This document shows positions 8,873 through 18,434 of a stretch of DNA of 32,000 nucleotides, piece by piece (within the stretch, counting starts at the first letter, position 1; each line of letters opens with the position of its first letter). The stretch lies in the NCBI RefSeq assembly GCF_000195975.1, contig NC_005070.1, forward strand, positions 810,001 through 842,000, given 5' to 3'. The stretch is from Parasynechococcus marenigrum WH 8102 (GTDB lineage: Bacteria > Cyanobacteriota > Cyanobacteriia > PCC-6307 > Cyanobiaceae). Both the position numbers and the translations under genes were made by a program. The notes under the pieces were generated by a model. The model saw only the letters and a list, made by a program, of their open reading frames with translations, did not search any database and was not told the DNA's origin.

Positions 8873-9689
8873 GACATCAACGTTGTTAATCCTTGGCGCA
8901 AGCCTGATGGATGCCGGCAATGTGTCGCGGGCTTCGGATGATCTGGTGCTCGGGGAGCAGATTGCAATTGCCATGGGGGGTGATCCCCAGGATGTTCAGT
9001 TGTTCCCTCTGCCGGATCATCCCCGCCCCCAGTCAGCTCGGTTGCACAACTACGCCCATGGGGGAGCGCAATCCGGGAGTGGGCCCAGTCTTGAGGAGGA
9101 AGCGGGCAATGTCCGCATCGGGTTCAAGCGACAGGTGCGGGCCGTTCGTCGACATGCTGCTTTTTATCAGTCACTGAGCGACGTGGATGTGCTGATCTCT
9201 GCTGGGGCCAATGACCTTCTCGATCAGCTGGAGGACGGCTCGGCGTTCGCCGCAGTGCTCAATACGGAACATCGCCGTGATGATCGCCAACTCATCTGTA
9301 GCAATGCCAAGCGGATCGTTCGTTATCTTCGGCGTGGGGTTGATCGTTTGACCGGTCTGGTGGATGAGGTGGTGGTGGCTGGAGCTTTCCCGGTGTCTGT
9401 AACTCCTGAGGTTCAGTCGACGGCGGAGAAGCTTGATTCCGCAACGTCCGATCGCCTCGTCGAGATCTTGGATGGCATCGGCGCCAAGGTTCAACGAAAG
9501 CTTGAACGCCACTTTGCTGATGATGGTTCTGTTGCGGTTCTGAATCTGAAAGCGGCATGGGACAGGGTTCAAGCCCCTTCATTTGTTGATGCGGTGCACC
9601 CCAGCAGCGACACGAGTCGTCAGCTGGCGGAACTGATCGTTCCTGAACTGATGCAGCAGCTCAACAGTTTCGGCTTTTCGGAAGGGTGA
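8871..9689 (+). CDS. SGNH/GDSL-like hydrolase
   Basis: Block I variant LLILGASLMDAGN, block III ISAGANDLL and block V DAVHPS. I chose the start at MTSTLL (ATG 8871). Confidence 0.6.
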   Translation: MTSTLLILGASLMDAGNVSRASDDLVLGEQIAIAMGGDPQDVQLFPLPDHPRPQSARLHNYAHGGAQSGSGPSLEEEAGNVRIGFKRQVRAVRRHAAFYQSLSDVDVLISAGANDLLDQLEDGSAFAAVLNTEHRRDDRQLICSNAKRIVRYLRRGVDRLTGLVDEVVVAGAFPVSVTPEVQSTAEKLDSATSDRLVEILDGIGAKVQRKLERHFADDGSVAVLNLKAAWDRVQAPSFVDAVHPSSDTSRQLAELIVPELMQQLNSFGFSEG

Positions 9690-10048
9690 CGTCCCATGAA
9701 GGGACCGCAGATGATCGGGATCCTTCCCATACATTCCTGGGTATGGGAGCCCGCATCACTCAGGACGAATTTCTCAAGCGTGCTCGGCAGCGCTTCGGGG
9801 ATCAGTTTGATTACAGCCAGATCCGCTGGAGAAGCTTCAAGAGCCCAGTGAAGATCCGCTGTACGCACCATCCGGTTCAGGAGATCACGATCACCCCTGA
9901 GAAACATCTGCAGACCCTGGGAGGCTGCAGGCACTGTCTGCGGGAGCGGCGGATCGCCGCCTTGGAACGGGAGCTCAATCGCCGGTCAGCACCCGAGCGG
10001 ACCCTTGCTCCGGAATCTGAAACTCAGGCGGTCAAGCTCACCCGCTGA
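9686..10048 (+). CDS. Small protein with a phage-type zinc-ribbon motif (FxxKAxxxxGxxxDYSxxxxxxxxxxxxxxCxxH...HLxxxGGCxxC)
   Basis: FLKRARQRFGDQFDYSQIRWRSFKSPVKIRCTHHPVQEITITPEKHLQTLGGCRHC matches, from memory, a domain common in phage and giant-virus homing-endonuclease-associated ORFs. GTG 9686 forms a GTGA overlap with the SGNH stop. An alternative ATG lies at 9743. Confidence 0.55.
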   Translation: MTSHEGTADDRDPSHTFLGMGARITQDEFLKRARQRFGDQFDYSQIRWRSFKSPVKIRCTHHPVQEITITPEKHLQTLGGCRHCLRERRIAALERELNRRSAPERTLAPESETQAVKLTR

Positions 10049-10917
10049 TAGCAGAACCACAGCCACTGCTGGAACAGCAGGTTGCGATGGGATCGCCAGG
10101 AGGTCTGGGGTTGGTCGGCATCGAAGTTCTCCGGCGGCGGCACATCACCGCGGGCCCGATCCCGTTCCATTTCACCGAGGATCCGTCCCACGTTGTATTC
10201 CGGATGGCCGAGGTGCATCAGCTGGCGCTGATCCGGTGTTTCAAAGATCGTGTAGCCGACGTCTTCTCCATAGGCCAGCAGCCTCAGTCGACCCTGGCGC
10301 TGGGCTGACTCCATGGCGCTGTCGGGCAACCCGGCGTGGCGGCTCTGCGGACAGAGAAATCGGTCGTCCTGGGTCCCCATCAATGAATGTCCAGGAATAA
10401 GGCTGCGCAACGGGTAGATGCCGAACAACTTTCGTTCGAACGGAATCTTGTCCACACCGGCCAGATAAGCGAGTGCAAAGCCGGCCCAGCACAGTCCCAA
10501 AGTGCTGGCGCAGCTATGGCGGGCCTCCTCGATCAGTTCCACCAGTTCCTGCCAGTAGTTGACCTGCTCGAAGGGCAGGTGTTCCACCGGTGCGCCCGTG
10601 ATGATCAATCCGTCCAGTGGTCCTTGGTGAAGGGCTTCCTCCCAACTGACGTACAGATCCTTGAGGTGCTCCTGGTCCCAGCTTTTGTAGGCATGGGAGG
10701 CGAGCCGGATCCACACCGGTTCGATCTGGAGGACGGACAGACCCAGGGGGTGCAGCAGGTTGAATTCGTACTGCTTGCCCAGGGGCATGATGTTGAGAAT
10801 GCCGATCCGCAGGGGCCGGATGTCCTGGAGTTCCGCCTGAGCGGGTTCGATCCAGGAGATCCTGTTGCGCTCCACGGCACCGATCTTGTGGTAATCGCGG
10901 GGAAGGATCAGTGCCAT
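10024..10917 (-). CDS. metA: Homoserine O-acyltransferase, MetA family
   Basis: N-terminal RIGILNIMP, active-site region STLGLCWAGFAL, and full-length similarity to MetA/HTS. Confidence 0.9.
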   Translation of the reverse strand: MALILPRDYHKIGAVERNRISWIEPAQAELQDIRPLRIGILNIMPLGKQYEFNLLHPLGLSVLQIEPVWIRLASHAYKSWDQEHLKDLYVSWEEALHQGPLDGLIITGAPVEHLPFEQVNYWQELVELIEEARHSCASTLGLCWAGFALAYLAGVDKIPFERKLFGIYPLRSLIPGHSLMGTQDDRFLCPQSRHAGLPDSAMESAQRQGRLRLLAYGEDVGYTIFETPDQRQLMHLGHPEYNVGRILGEMERDRARGDVPPPENFDADQPQTSWRSHRNLLFQQWLWFCYQRVSLTA

Positions 10918-10937
10918 GGGCTGGTCGTCGTCGTCAA

Positions 10938-12966
<2,029 letters not shown>

Positions 12967-13010
12967 GCCCTGCTTCGTTTGACGGATTCCTGCAGCGTAG
13001 TGGGAAGGCT

Positions 13011-13943
13011 TCAGGATGCCGGTGGACGACTTTCAGGGTGCCTGAGCAGGTAGTCCTTCACCGCGATCGGGCGTTGCTGGTTGTAGCCGACGGGCAACCA
13101 GAGATCGCCGGCATCGGCATTGAAATGAATTTCCCAGTGATACAAACCGGTGTAGGCCCGGGGGTCGTCCTTCATCAGCGAGGCATACAGAAGAACGGCG
13201 CGTCCGTAGTAGTCACTGTTGTTGTACCCCCAGAGACCACGTCGGATGTTCTTGAGTCCTCCTCGGCGGACCAGATAACGCGCGGCAGCCTGGATGGCGT
13301 CGTGGGGATCACTAATATCACCGGCGCCGATGCCGGGCTCCGTCCAGGTGGTGGGCAGAAACTGCATCGGGCCCTGGGCATTGGCAACGGACACGCCATC
13401 GATGCGCCCCATGCCGGTTTCCACCAGGTTCACCGCCGCCAGCACCTCCCATTCGATGCCGGTTGAGGCCTCGGCCTTCTTGTAGTAGCTGATCAGCTGC
13501 TCGGCAGGCTCCGGCGGAATGATGCGCCAGGCCGGCAGGGTGGAGGGGCCCCGACCGCGGCTCATGCGCAGGAATTCCCGGCGTGCCGCCAGGTGCCGTT
13601 CGGCCACGCTCCGCCATCGCAATGGCAGTGCGGCCACCACCTCCGTCGAGCGAACGGCGTCCTTGGAGAGCACCCGGTAGATCACCTGTTGCTGATGCCC
13701 CAGATCCGGCAGATCAGCCTTGGCCGTGGAAGGGTCTCGCAACGCTGCTTCCACTGATTCCAGGAGGTCGGCGGCTGCCTTGGGCTGGGCGGGAACGCTT
13801 GGATAGCGCCGTTGAACGGCCGCAACGGCGGACAGCCCCGATCGGTTGTCGCTCGTGCCGCTGCCCTGAAGGACCAAGGCGAGGGTGATGGGTGATGCCA
13901 CAGCGACCAGTGCAGCGGTGATCAGGACGGAACGACGTCCCAT
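13011..13943 (-). CDS. Lytic murein transglycosylase (SLT/MltB-like), exported
   Basis: N-terminal signal or anchor VLITAALVAVASPITLALVL, catalytic region EVLAAVNLVETGMG and AQGPMQFLPTTW. Confidence 0.8.
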   Translation of the reverse strand: MGRRSVLITAALVAVASPITLALVLQGSGTSDNRSGLSAVAAVQRRYPSVPAQPKAAADLLESVEAALRDPSTAKADLPDLGHQQQVIYRVLSKDAVRSTEVVAALPLRWRSVAERHLAARREFLRMSRGRGPSTLPAWRIIPPEPAEQLISYYKKAEASTGIEWEVLAAVNLVETGMGRIDGVSVANAQGPMQFLPTTWTEPGIGAGDISDPHDAIQAAARYLVRRGGLKNIRRGLWGYNNSDYYGRAVLLYASLMKDDPRAYTGLYHWEIHFNADAGDLWLPVGYNQQRPIAVKDYLLRHPESRPPAS

Positions 13944-13982
13944 GGCGGAGCTGTGCCTCTTGGCCGAAGCTACCGGTTCTGT

Positions 13983-14564
13983 TCAGGCCTGCAGAAAGGT
14001 GCTGCGGTCGTGGAAGTCAGCCCGACTGTCGCCGTGGCGCAGGGCCCAGTGGCTGATGCCGTTGGCCCCTCGATCCAGCACGGTGGTGAGGGACAGCTCC
14101 GGGCAGCATTCATTCGGCCACCAGCTGGACAGATCCAGCCGGGCATCAAGACGAAGCTGATGGTGCCAGCGGCGCAGGGTGATCTCGGGTGCGCTGTCGA
14201 GGGGCTGTTGAGACTGGCCCGAGCGGTAGCCCTCGAAGCGGTACGAGGCCCAGTCCCCGTTGGGCGCCAGGTTGATCTCCCAGTAGCCCGGTTGATCCGG
14301 AATGGCGAGAAATGCCTCGAAGCAGGTGGTGGTCCAGAGCTCATCTCGGCGCTGCCCAGCCACCTGAGGACCATCAATCAGACCGTCCGGCACCACGAGC
14401 TCACTAAGGCTGGAGACCGCGGCAGCCAGTACACCGAAGCTGAGCTCCAGCTGACCGTCTCGATTCCAGATCAGTTCACCGCTCACCTGGAGTCCATGGG
14501 GGACAGAACGCTCAAACGGCACCAGACGGGAGGCCTGAAGCAGCATCACGGCGAGGCGTGCCAT
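13983..14564 (-). CDS. DOMON/CBM9-like domain protein
   Basis: 193 aa, beta-rich. The segment ELWTTTCFEAFL...GYWEINLAPNGDWASYRF resembles carbohydrate-binding family 9 / DOMON-like proteins. The start lies 1 nt after the kinase stop (TGAGATG). Confidence 0.6.
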   Translation of the reverse strand: MARLAVMLLQASRLVPFERSVPHGLQVSGELIWNRDGQLELSFGVLAAAVSSLSELVVPDGLIDGPQVAGQRRDELWTTTCFEAFLAIPDQPGYWEINLAPNGDWASYRFEGYRSGQSQQPLDSAPEITLRRWHHQLRLDARLDLSSWWPNECCPELSLTTVLDRGANGISHWALRHGDSRADFHDRSTFLQA

Positions 14565-14565
14565 C

Positions 14566-15708
14566 TCAGCGACCCGCCAGGCGACGCACCATGGCCTTGA
14601 TCTCGGGCAACTGCTGTTCCACCGATTCGGTGAGGCGGAATTGCACGGCAGCTCTCTGCAGGTTGTGACCGTGACGTTCTGTGCGGAAGTAGAGGTCCCC
14701 TTCCAGATGATCCGTCAGAAAGCGCAGGCCGAGTTCCAAGGGGATCAGGCGAATGCAGTCCGGAAGGTAGTTCAGATCCCAGTCGCTGAGGAACTGGCGA
14801 GCCACGGAGAGGTAGCCATCGAGGATCGCTTCACATAGTTCAAGGTCGAAGACCACCGTGTTGAGATCGTCGGTTTCTTCGCCGGCCTTGTTGCAGCAAG
14901 AGCGCAGGCAATCGCCGATGTCGTAGTGAACCAATCCAGGCTTCACGGTGTCAAGATCGATCAGTCCAACGGCGTGACCGCTGGCATCATCGATCATCAC
15001 GTTGTTGATCTTGGGGTCGCCGTGGATGGGTCGCTGTTTCAGTTCACCGCGCTGCAGGGCGGCTTCCAGCACGTCAATGCCCTGCCGTCGTGCCTCGATG
15101 AAGGCACAGGCGGATTGGGCAGCATCGTCCAGTGAGGAGCACGATTTGCTGACGCTGTCGTAACGGTTCAGGTATGCCGGGGTGACGTGAAAGTTCTCGA
15201 GCGTGTCGGCCAAATCTTCCGTGGGAAGGTCACTTATCAGGCTGTGGAACATGCCCAGCCCGTAGCCCACTTCACGGGCATGGTCGCGGTTGAGAATCAC
15301 ATCCGTGGTGGTGGCGGCACCGATGTAGGTGATCGAGCGCCAGAACTCTCCGTCCTGCTCCACCCAGTGCCCGTCCTGCCGGCAGCGCACCACCTGGGGC
15401 ACTTCCCAGCGGCGGCCACGGAGTTCCTCTGGCGGGGAGGCCAGACGACGCTGAACGTGGTCCCCCAGGGCCACCAGGTTGCGCATCACCAGTTCGGGGC
15501 GTTCAAACACCCGGGTGTTCAGTCTCTGAAGCACGAAGGAGCCTGCTGGTCCACTGGGGCGATGGCCCTGGTGGGTCACCAGAAAGGTGTCGTTGACGTT
15601 GCCGGAGCCCAGGGAGCGTATGGCCGTGATCCGTTCGCGGGGATGGAAGCGACCCGCAATGGCTTCAACGGCCTTGCTCAAGGTGATCTCAAAGGTCTCA
15701 AGCTGCAA
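14566..15708 (-). CDS. APH-fold phosphotransferase, sugar-1-kinase-like (NahK/AmgK-type)
   Basis: Brenner motif HGDPKINNVMID and GLIDLDTV (DxD), with a Gly-rich N-terminal SLGSGNVNDTFLV. TTG start at 15708. Confidence 0.75.
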   Translation of the reverse strand: MQLETFEITLSKAVEAIAGRFHPRERITAIRSLGSGNVNDTFLVTHQGHRPSGPAGSFVLQRLNTRVFERPELVMRNLVALGDHVQRRLASPPEELRGRRWEVPQVVRCRQDGHWVEQDGEFWRSITYIGAATTTDVILNRDHAREVGYGLGMFHSLISDLPTEDLADTLENFHVTPAYLNRYDSVSKSCSSLDDAAQSACAFIEARRQGIDVLEAALQRGELKQRPIHGDPKINNVMIDDASGHAVGLIDLDTVKPGLVHYDIGDCLRSCCNKAGEETDDLNTVVFDLELCEAILDGYLSVARQFLSDWDLNYLPDCIRLIPLELGLRFLTDHLEGDLYFRTERHGHNLQRAAVQFRLTESVEQQLPEIKAMVRRLAGR

Positions 15709-15762
15709 ATGTCGCGCTGATCCCCGATGGCGCCAGGCTTAGGTGTGCAGAAAACCAGGCGA

Positions 15763-17277
15763 CTAACCGTCCAGTTGGCTCTCTATGGCATCCATCAACT
15801 GCAGGTAGGCCGGTCCTGAACTGCTCGCGCTGTCGTCGAGGCTCATCTCGCCTCGCATGGCTTTCCGGGCGTTATCGGCAATCACTGCGTTCACCACCAG
15901 ATCCAGCGCCTCGGGTACGTCGAGGTTCTGCAGGGCATCGGCGTAGCGCCGGCTGTGGCTCGGACGCACCGATTCCTGGCAGTAACTGGACAGTTCACGG
16001 CTGTCTGTCATCACCCGATAGGCCGTTTCCTTCACCGCAGGCCGTCCATATAGGGCCATGTACAACAGGTTCACCATCGAGGCGTCGTGGAGGGGGATGG
16101 CGTACTTGCGTGCGATCTGAGGCCAGTAGCGCAGAGCCTTCAGTCCCTCCAGACCGCCTTTGGGCAGCCCGGCGTCCTCACAGCTCTGCTCCAGCTCCTC
16201 CATGGACAAGGGACAGCGCTCTTCCCGGCGGATCAGGGATGCCATCACCTGGCCAGCTTGAAAGTTGCGGGTGGGCTTGCCCGAACTGGGCTGCATCATG
16301 CTGCCCCTCACATCCGCCACCATGGCTGTGAGCTGGGTGAAGGTGTGATCCCTCACCTTTTCAAAGTCGCCATCCCGCACCAACGTGGCCTCGATCCGTG
16401 GCACCGCGTAGCCGAGTTCGGTGAGAGGGATGGGTTGGCGGTGATACAGCTTCTGCCGGTCAGGGCGAGCCATCGACACGGTGGCGGCCTGATCAAGGCA
16501 TTGATCCAGCAACAGCGTCAGCAGCGTCGGCAGAACGCCTGGGTTCTCCTGGTGATAGGCGTAGCCGAAGCCGGCGAACACTGATGACATGTTCTTGGCG
16601 GCCTTGATGTATTGACCTTCCACGTTGTGGACTCCGGCCGCCACCTGGATGTTGGGTGAGAGATGGTCCAGCAGCTGAGCCCCCAGCATCGCGATGAGGG
16701 CATTTGGGTGACAGAAGTTGGCCGTGAAGCTGTCGAAGGGATTGCGCAGGGCTCCGTGGCGGTGGAATCCAGAGAAGAACGCCAGGTTCGGCTGCTTCTC
16801 GCAGAGCACGTAGGCGGTGTTGCTGATCGGGTCATGGTTGAACGACCCGGCTAGGCACGCCAGAACCACCTGTTCGCGCCCCAGTTCCTCCCGCAGGCGA
16901 CAGGCCTCCAGCAGATCCTCTTCAACGTGGTTGCTGTTCGCGCTCAGCACGACCACCTCACAGCGGAGAATCAGGTCGTGCAGGGTGTTGGGGATCCGCT
17001 CACCGGAGACGCGGTGGGTGCCCATGTCGAGCACTCGCTCGACATGGGCGCTGTCCATGCTGTCAACGACCTCCGGGGAGAAGGCCCCCAGCAGGTCCCG
17101 CCCCGGACGCGCGGCCAGCAGCAGCCTCCCGGCCTCGTTCTGCATGGCGCAGTTGTAGGCCAACGACGCGGGATAGAGCCCAACGCTGAAGAAGCCCACC
17201 TTGCCGGCCATGACTTCACGGACCCTCACGCGGATCGAGGCCGCATCCAGGCTGTGATCGAAAAAGGAGTTGCGCAT
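15763..17277 (-). CDS. 504-aa hypothetical protein with distant GpsA-like (NAD-dependent G3P dehydrogenase fold) features
   Basis: Long clean ORF with an ATG start. By eye, VVVLSANSNHV, AFFSGF and VHNVEGQYIKAAKNMSSVFAGFG are colinear with GpsA blocks. The N-terminal dinucleotide motif is degenerate (FFSVGLYPASLA). Confidence 0.75.
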   Translation of the reverse strand: MRNSFFDHSLDAASIRVRVREVMAGKVGFFSVGLYPASLAYNCAMQNEAGRLLLAARPGRDLLGAFSPEVVDSMDSAHVERVLDMGTHRVSGERIPNTLHDLILRCEVVVLSANSNHVEEDLLEACRLREELGREQVVLACLAGSFNHDPISNTAYVLCEKQPNLAFFSGFHRHGALRNPFDSFTANFCHPNALIAMLGAQLLDHLSPNIQVAAGVHNVEGQYIKAAKNMSSVFAGFGYAYHQENPGVLPTLLTLLLDQCLDQAATVSMARPDRQKLYHRQPIPLTELGYAVPRIEATLVRDGDFEKVRDHTFTQLTAMVADVRGSMMQPSSGKPTRNFQAGQVMASLIRREERCPLSMEELEQSCEDAGLPKGGLEGLKALRYWPQIARKYAIPLHDASMVNLLYMALYGRPAVKETAYRVMTDSRELSSYCQESVRPSHSRRYADALQNLDVPEALDLVVNAVIADNARKAMRGEMSLDDSASSSGPAYLQLMDAIESQLDG

Positions 17278-17334
17278 GGACTCAGCCTATGAAGTCCGCT
17301 GTTGAGGAGACTGTGTCCAAGCAGCTGCTGGGCC

Positions 17335-17919
17335 ATGAGCCTCACTTTGTATGGCGGTCCAAAAACGCGTGCCTCGATGCCGCGTTGGTACCTCGAGGAA
17401 AAAGGGATTCCCTACGAGCTCAAGGAGCTGGATCTGCGGGGAAACCAGCACCGACAACCTGATTACCTGACGATCAATCCGTTCGGAAAGTTGCCGGCTC
17501 TGGTTGACACGTCCCATCAGGGACTGGACGGTCAACCGCCGAAACTGTTTGAGTCTGGAGCCATCTTGCTGCACCTAGCGGAGCACCATGCCGGCGAGAT
17601 CACATCAGCTTCGCAACGCTCGCTGATCGCGCAGTGGCTGTTGTTTGCCAACGCGACTCTGGCCATTGCTCTGTTTGTTCCCAGCAACCGTGAGCGGGAG
17701 TTCCCGAGGTTGATGGAGGAATTGAACCGCCAGCTCACAACTGGTCGGCCCCTGGTGGGGGATCAGTGGGGTGCAGCCGACTGTGCCGTCACGGCGTATC
17801 TCGCTTATCTACCGATCTTCTTCCCCCAGGAGGATCTTTCCCCTTATCCGGCGATTCAAAGCCTGATCACCAGCACGCAGCAGCGACCGGCCTACCGAAA
17901 GGTGATGGGCATGGCTTGA
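17335..17919 (+). CDS. Glutathione S-transferase
   Basis: MSLTLYGGPKTRASMPRWYLEEKGIPYELKELDL...INPFGKLPALVD is a typical GST N-terminal thioredoxin-like domain. I chose ATG 17335. Confidence 0.85.
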   Translation: MSLTLYGGPKTRASMPRWYLEEKGIPYELKELDLRGNQHRQPDYLTINPFGKLPALVDTSHQGLDGQPPKLFESGAILLHLAEHHAGEITSASQRSLIAQWLLFANATLAIALFVPSNREREFPRLMEELNRQLTTGRPLVGDQWGAADCAVTAYLAYLPIFFPQEDLSPYPAIQSLITSTQQRPAYRKVMGMA

Positions 17920-17955
17920 GCAAACGCGGTGTAATGCGGAAAAGGTTCCGTTGTG

Positions 17956-18429
17956 ATGCTGTCGTCCCGTCAGGAGTTTCTGCTCGCTTATCGCTGGCCG
18001 ATCGCCCGGGTGGGGTCAAGCCTGATCCTCGGCGGGGCTGTTCTGGTTCTTGCTCAAACTGCGGTGCGACTGCTGAGCCAACCGATTCCGATCGCGATCG
18101 AAGGCGGTCTGCAGGTGGACAAGCTGGTGCTGCCGCCGACTGTGAACATCAGCAGCTCAACTCCGCTACCCGTTGTGGTGAAAGACTCGGTGTCCGTCGC
18201 CAACAAGCAGCCGCTGACGATCAGAGGTCCGCTGACGGTGAAGGCGCTTCAGGGAACCGTGCTGGTGAAGGGTGATGTGCAGGCCAAAGCTCAGGTGTCC
18301 TCGATCGATACGCCAGTGACCGTTCAGGGCGATGTGTCTGTTCAGGACAAGGTCACCATCGATGGCAAGGTTCATGTGGATGGAAATGTGGGCGCCAAGG
18401 TGAAGCCAACGATTCGGCCCCTCAAGTGA
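17956..18429 (+). CDS. Membrane-anchored beta-rich repeat protein (hypothetical)
   Basis: One N-terminal TM segment (SSLILGGAVLVLAQTAV), followed by repetitive V-x-V-x-G-D/K-V strands. Confidence 0.65.
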   Translation: MLSSRQEFLLAYRWPIARVGSSLILGGAVLVLAQTAVRLLSQPIPIAIEGGLQVDKLVLPPTVNISSSTPLPVVVKDSVSVANKQPLTIRGPLTVKALQGTVLVKGDVQAKAQVSSIDTPVTVQGDVSVQDKVTIDGKVHVDGNVGAKVKPTIRPLK

Positions 18430-18434
18430 GGACC

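Noticed and set aside
8270-10048. Considered whether the alkB-SGNH-zinc-ribbon block is a mobile element or prophage remnant.
   Set aside because: I could find no integrase, transposase, tRNA target or flanking direct repeats. GC looks only slightly lower than in the neighbouring regions. I kept it only as a low-key islet hypothesis under the zinc-ribbon finding.
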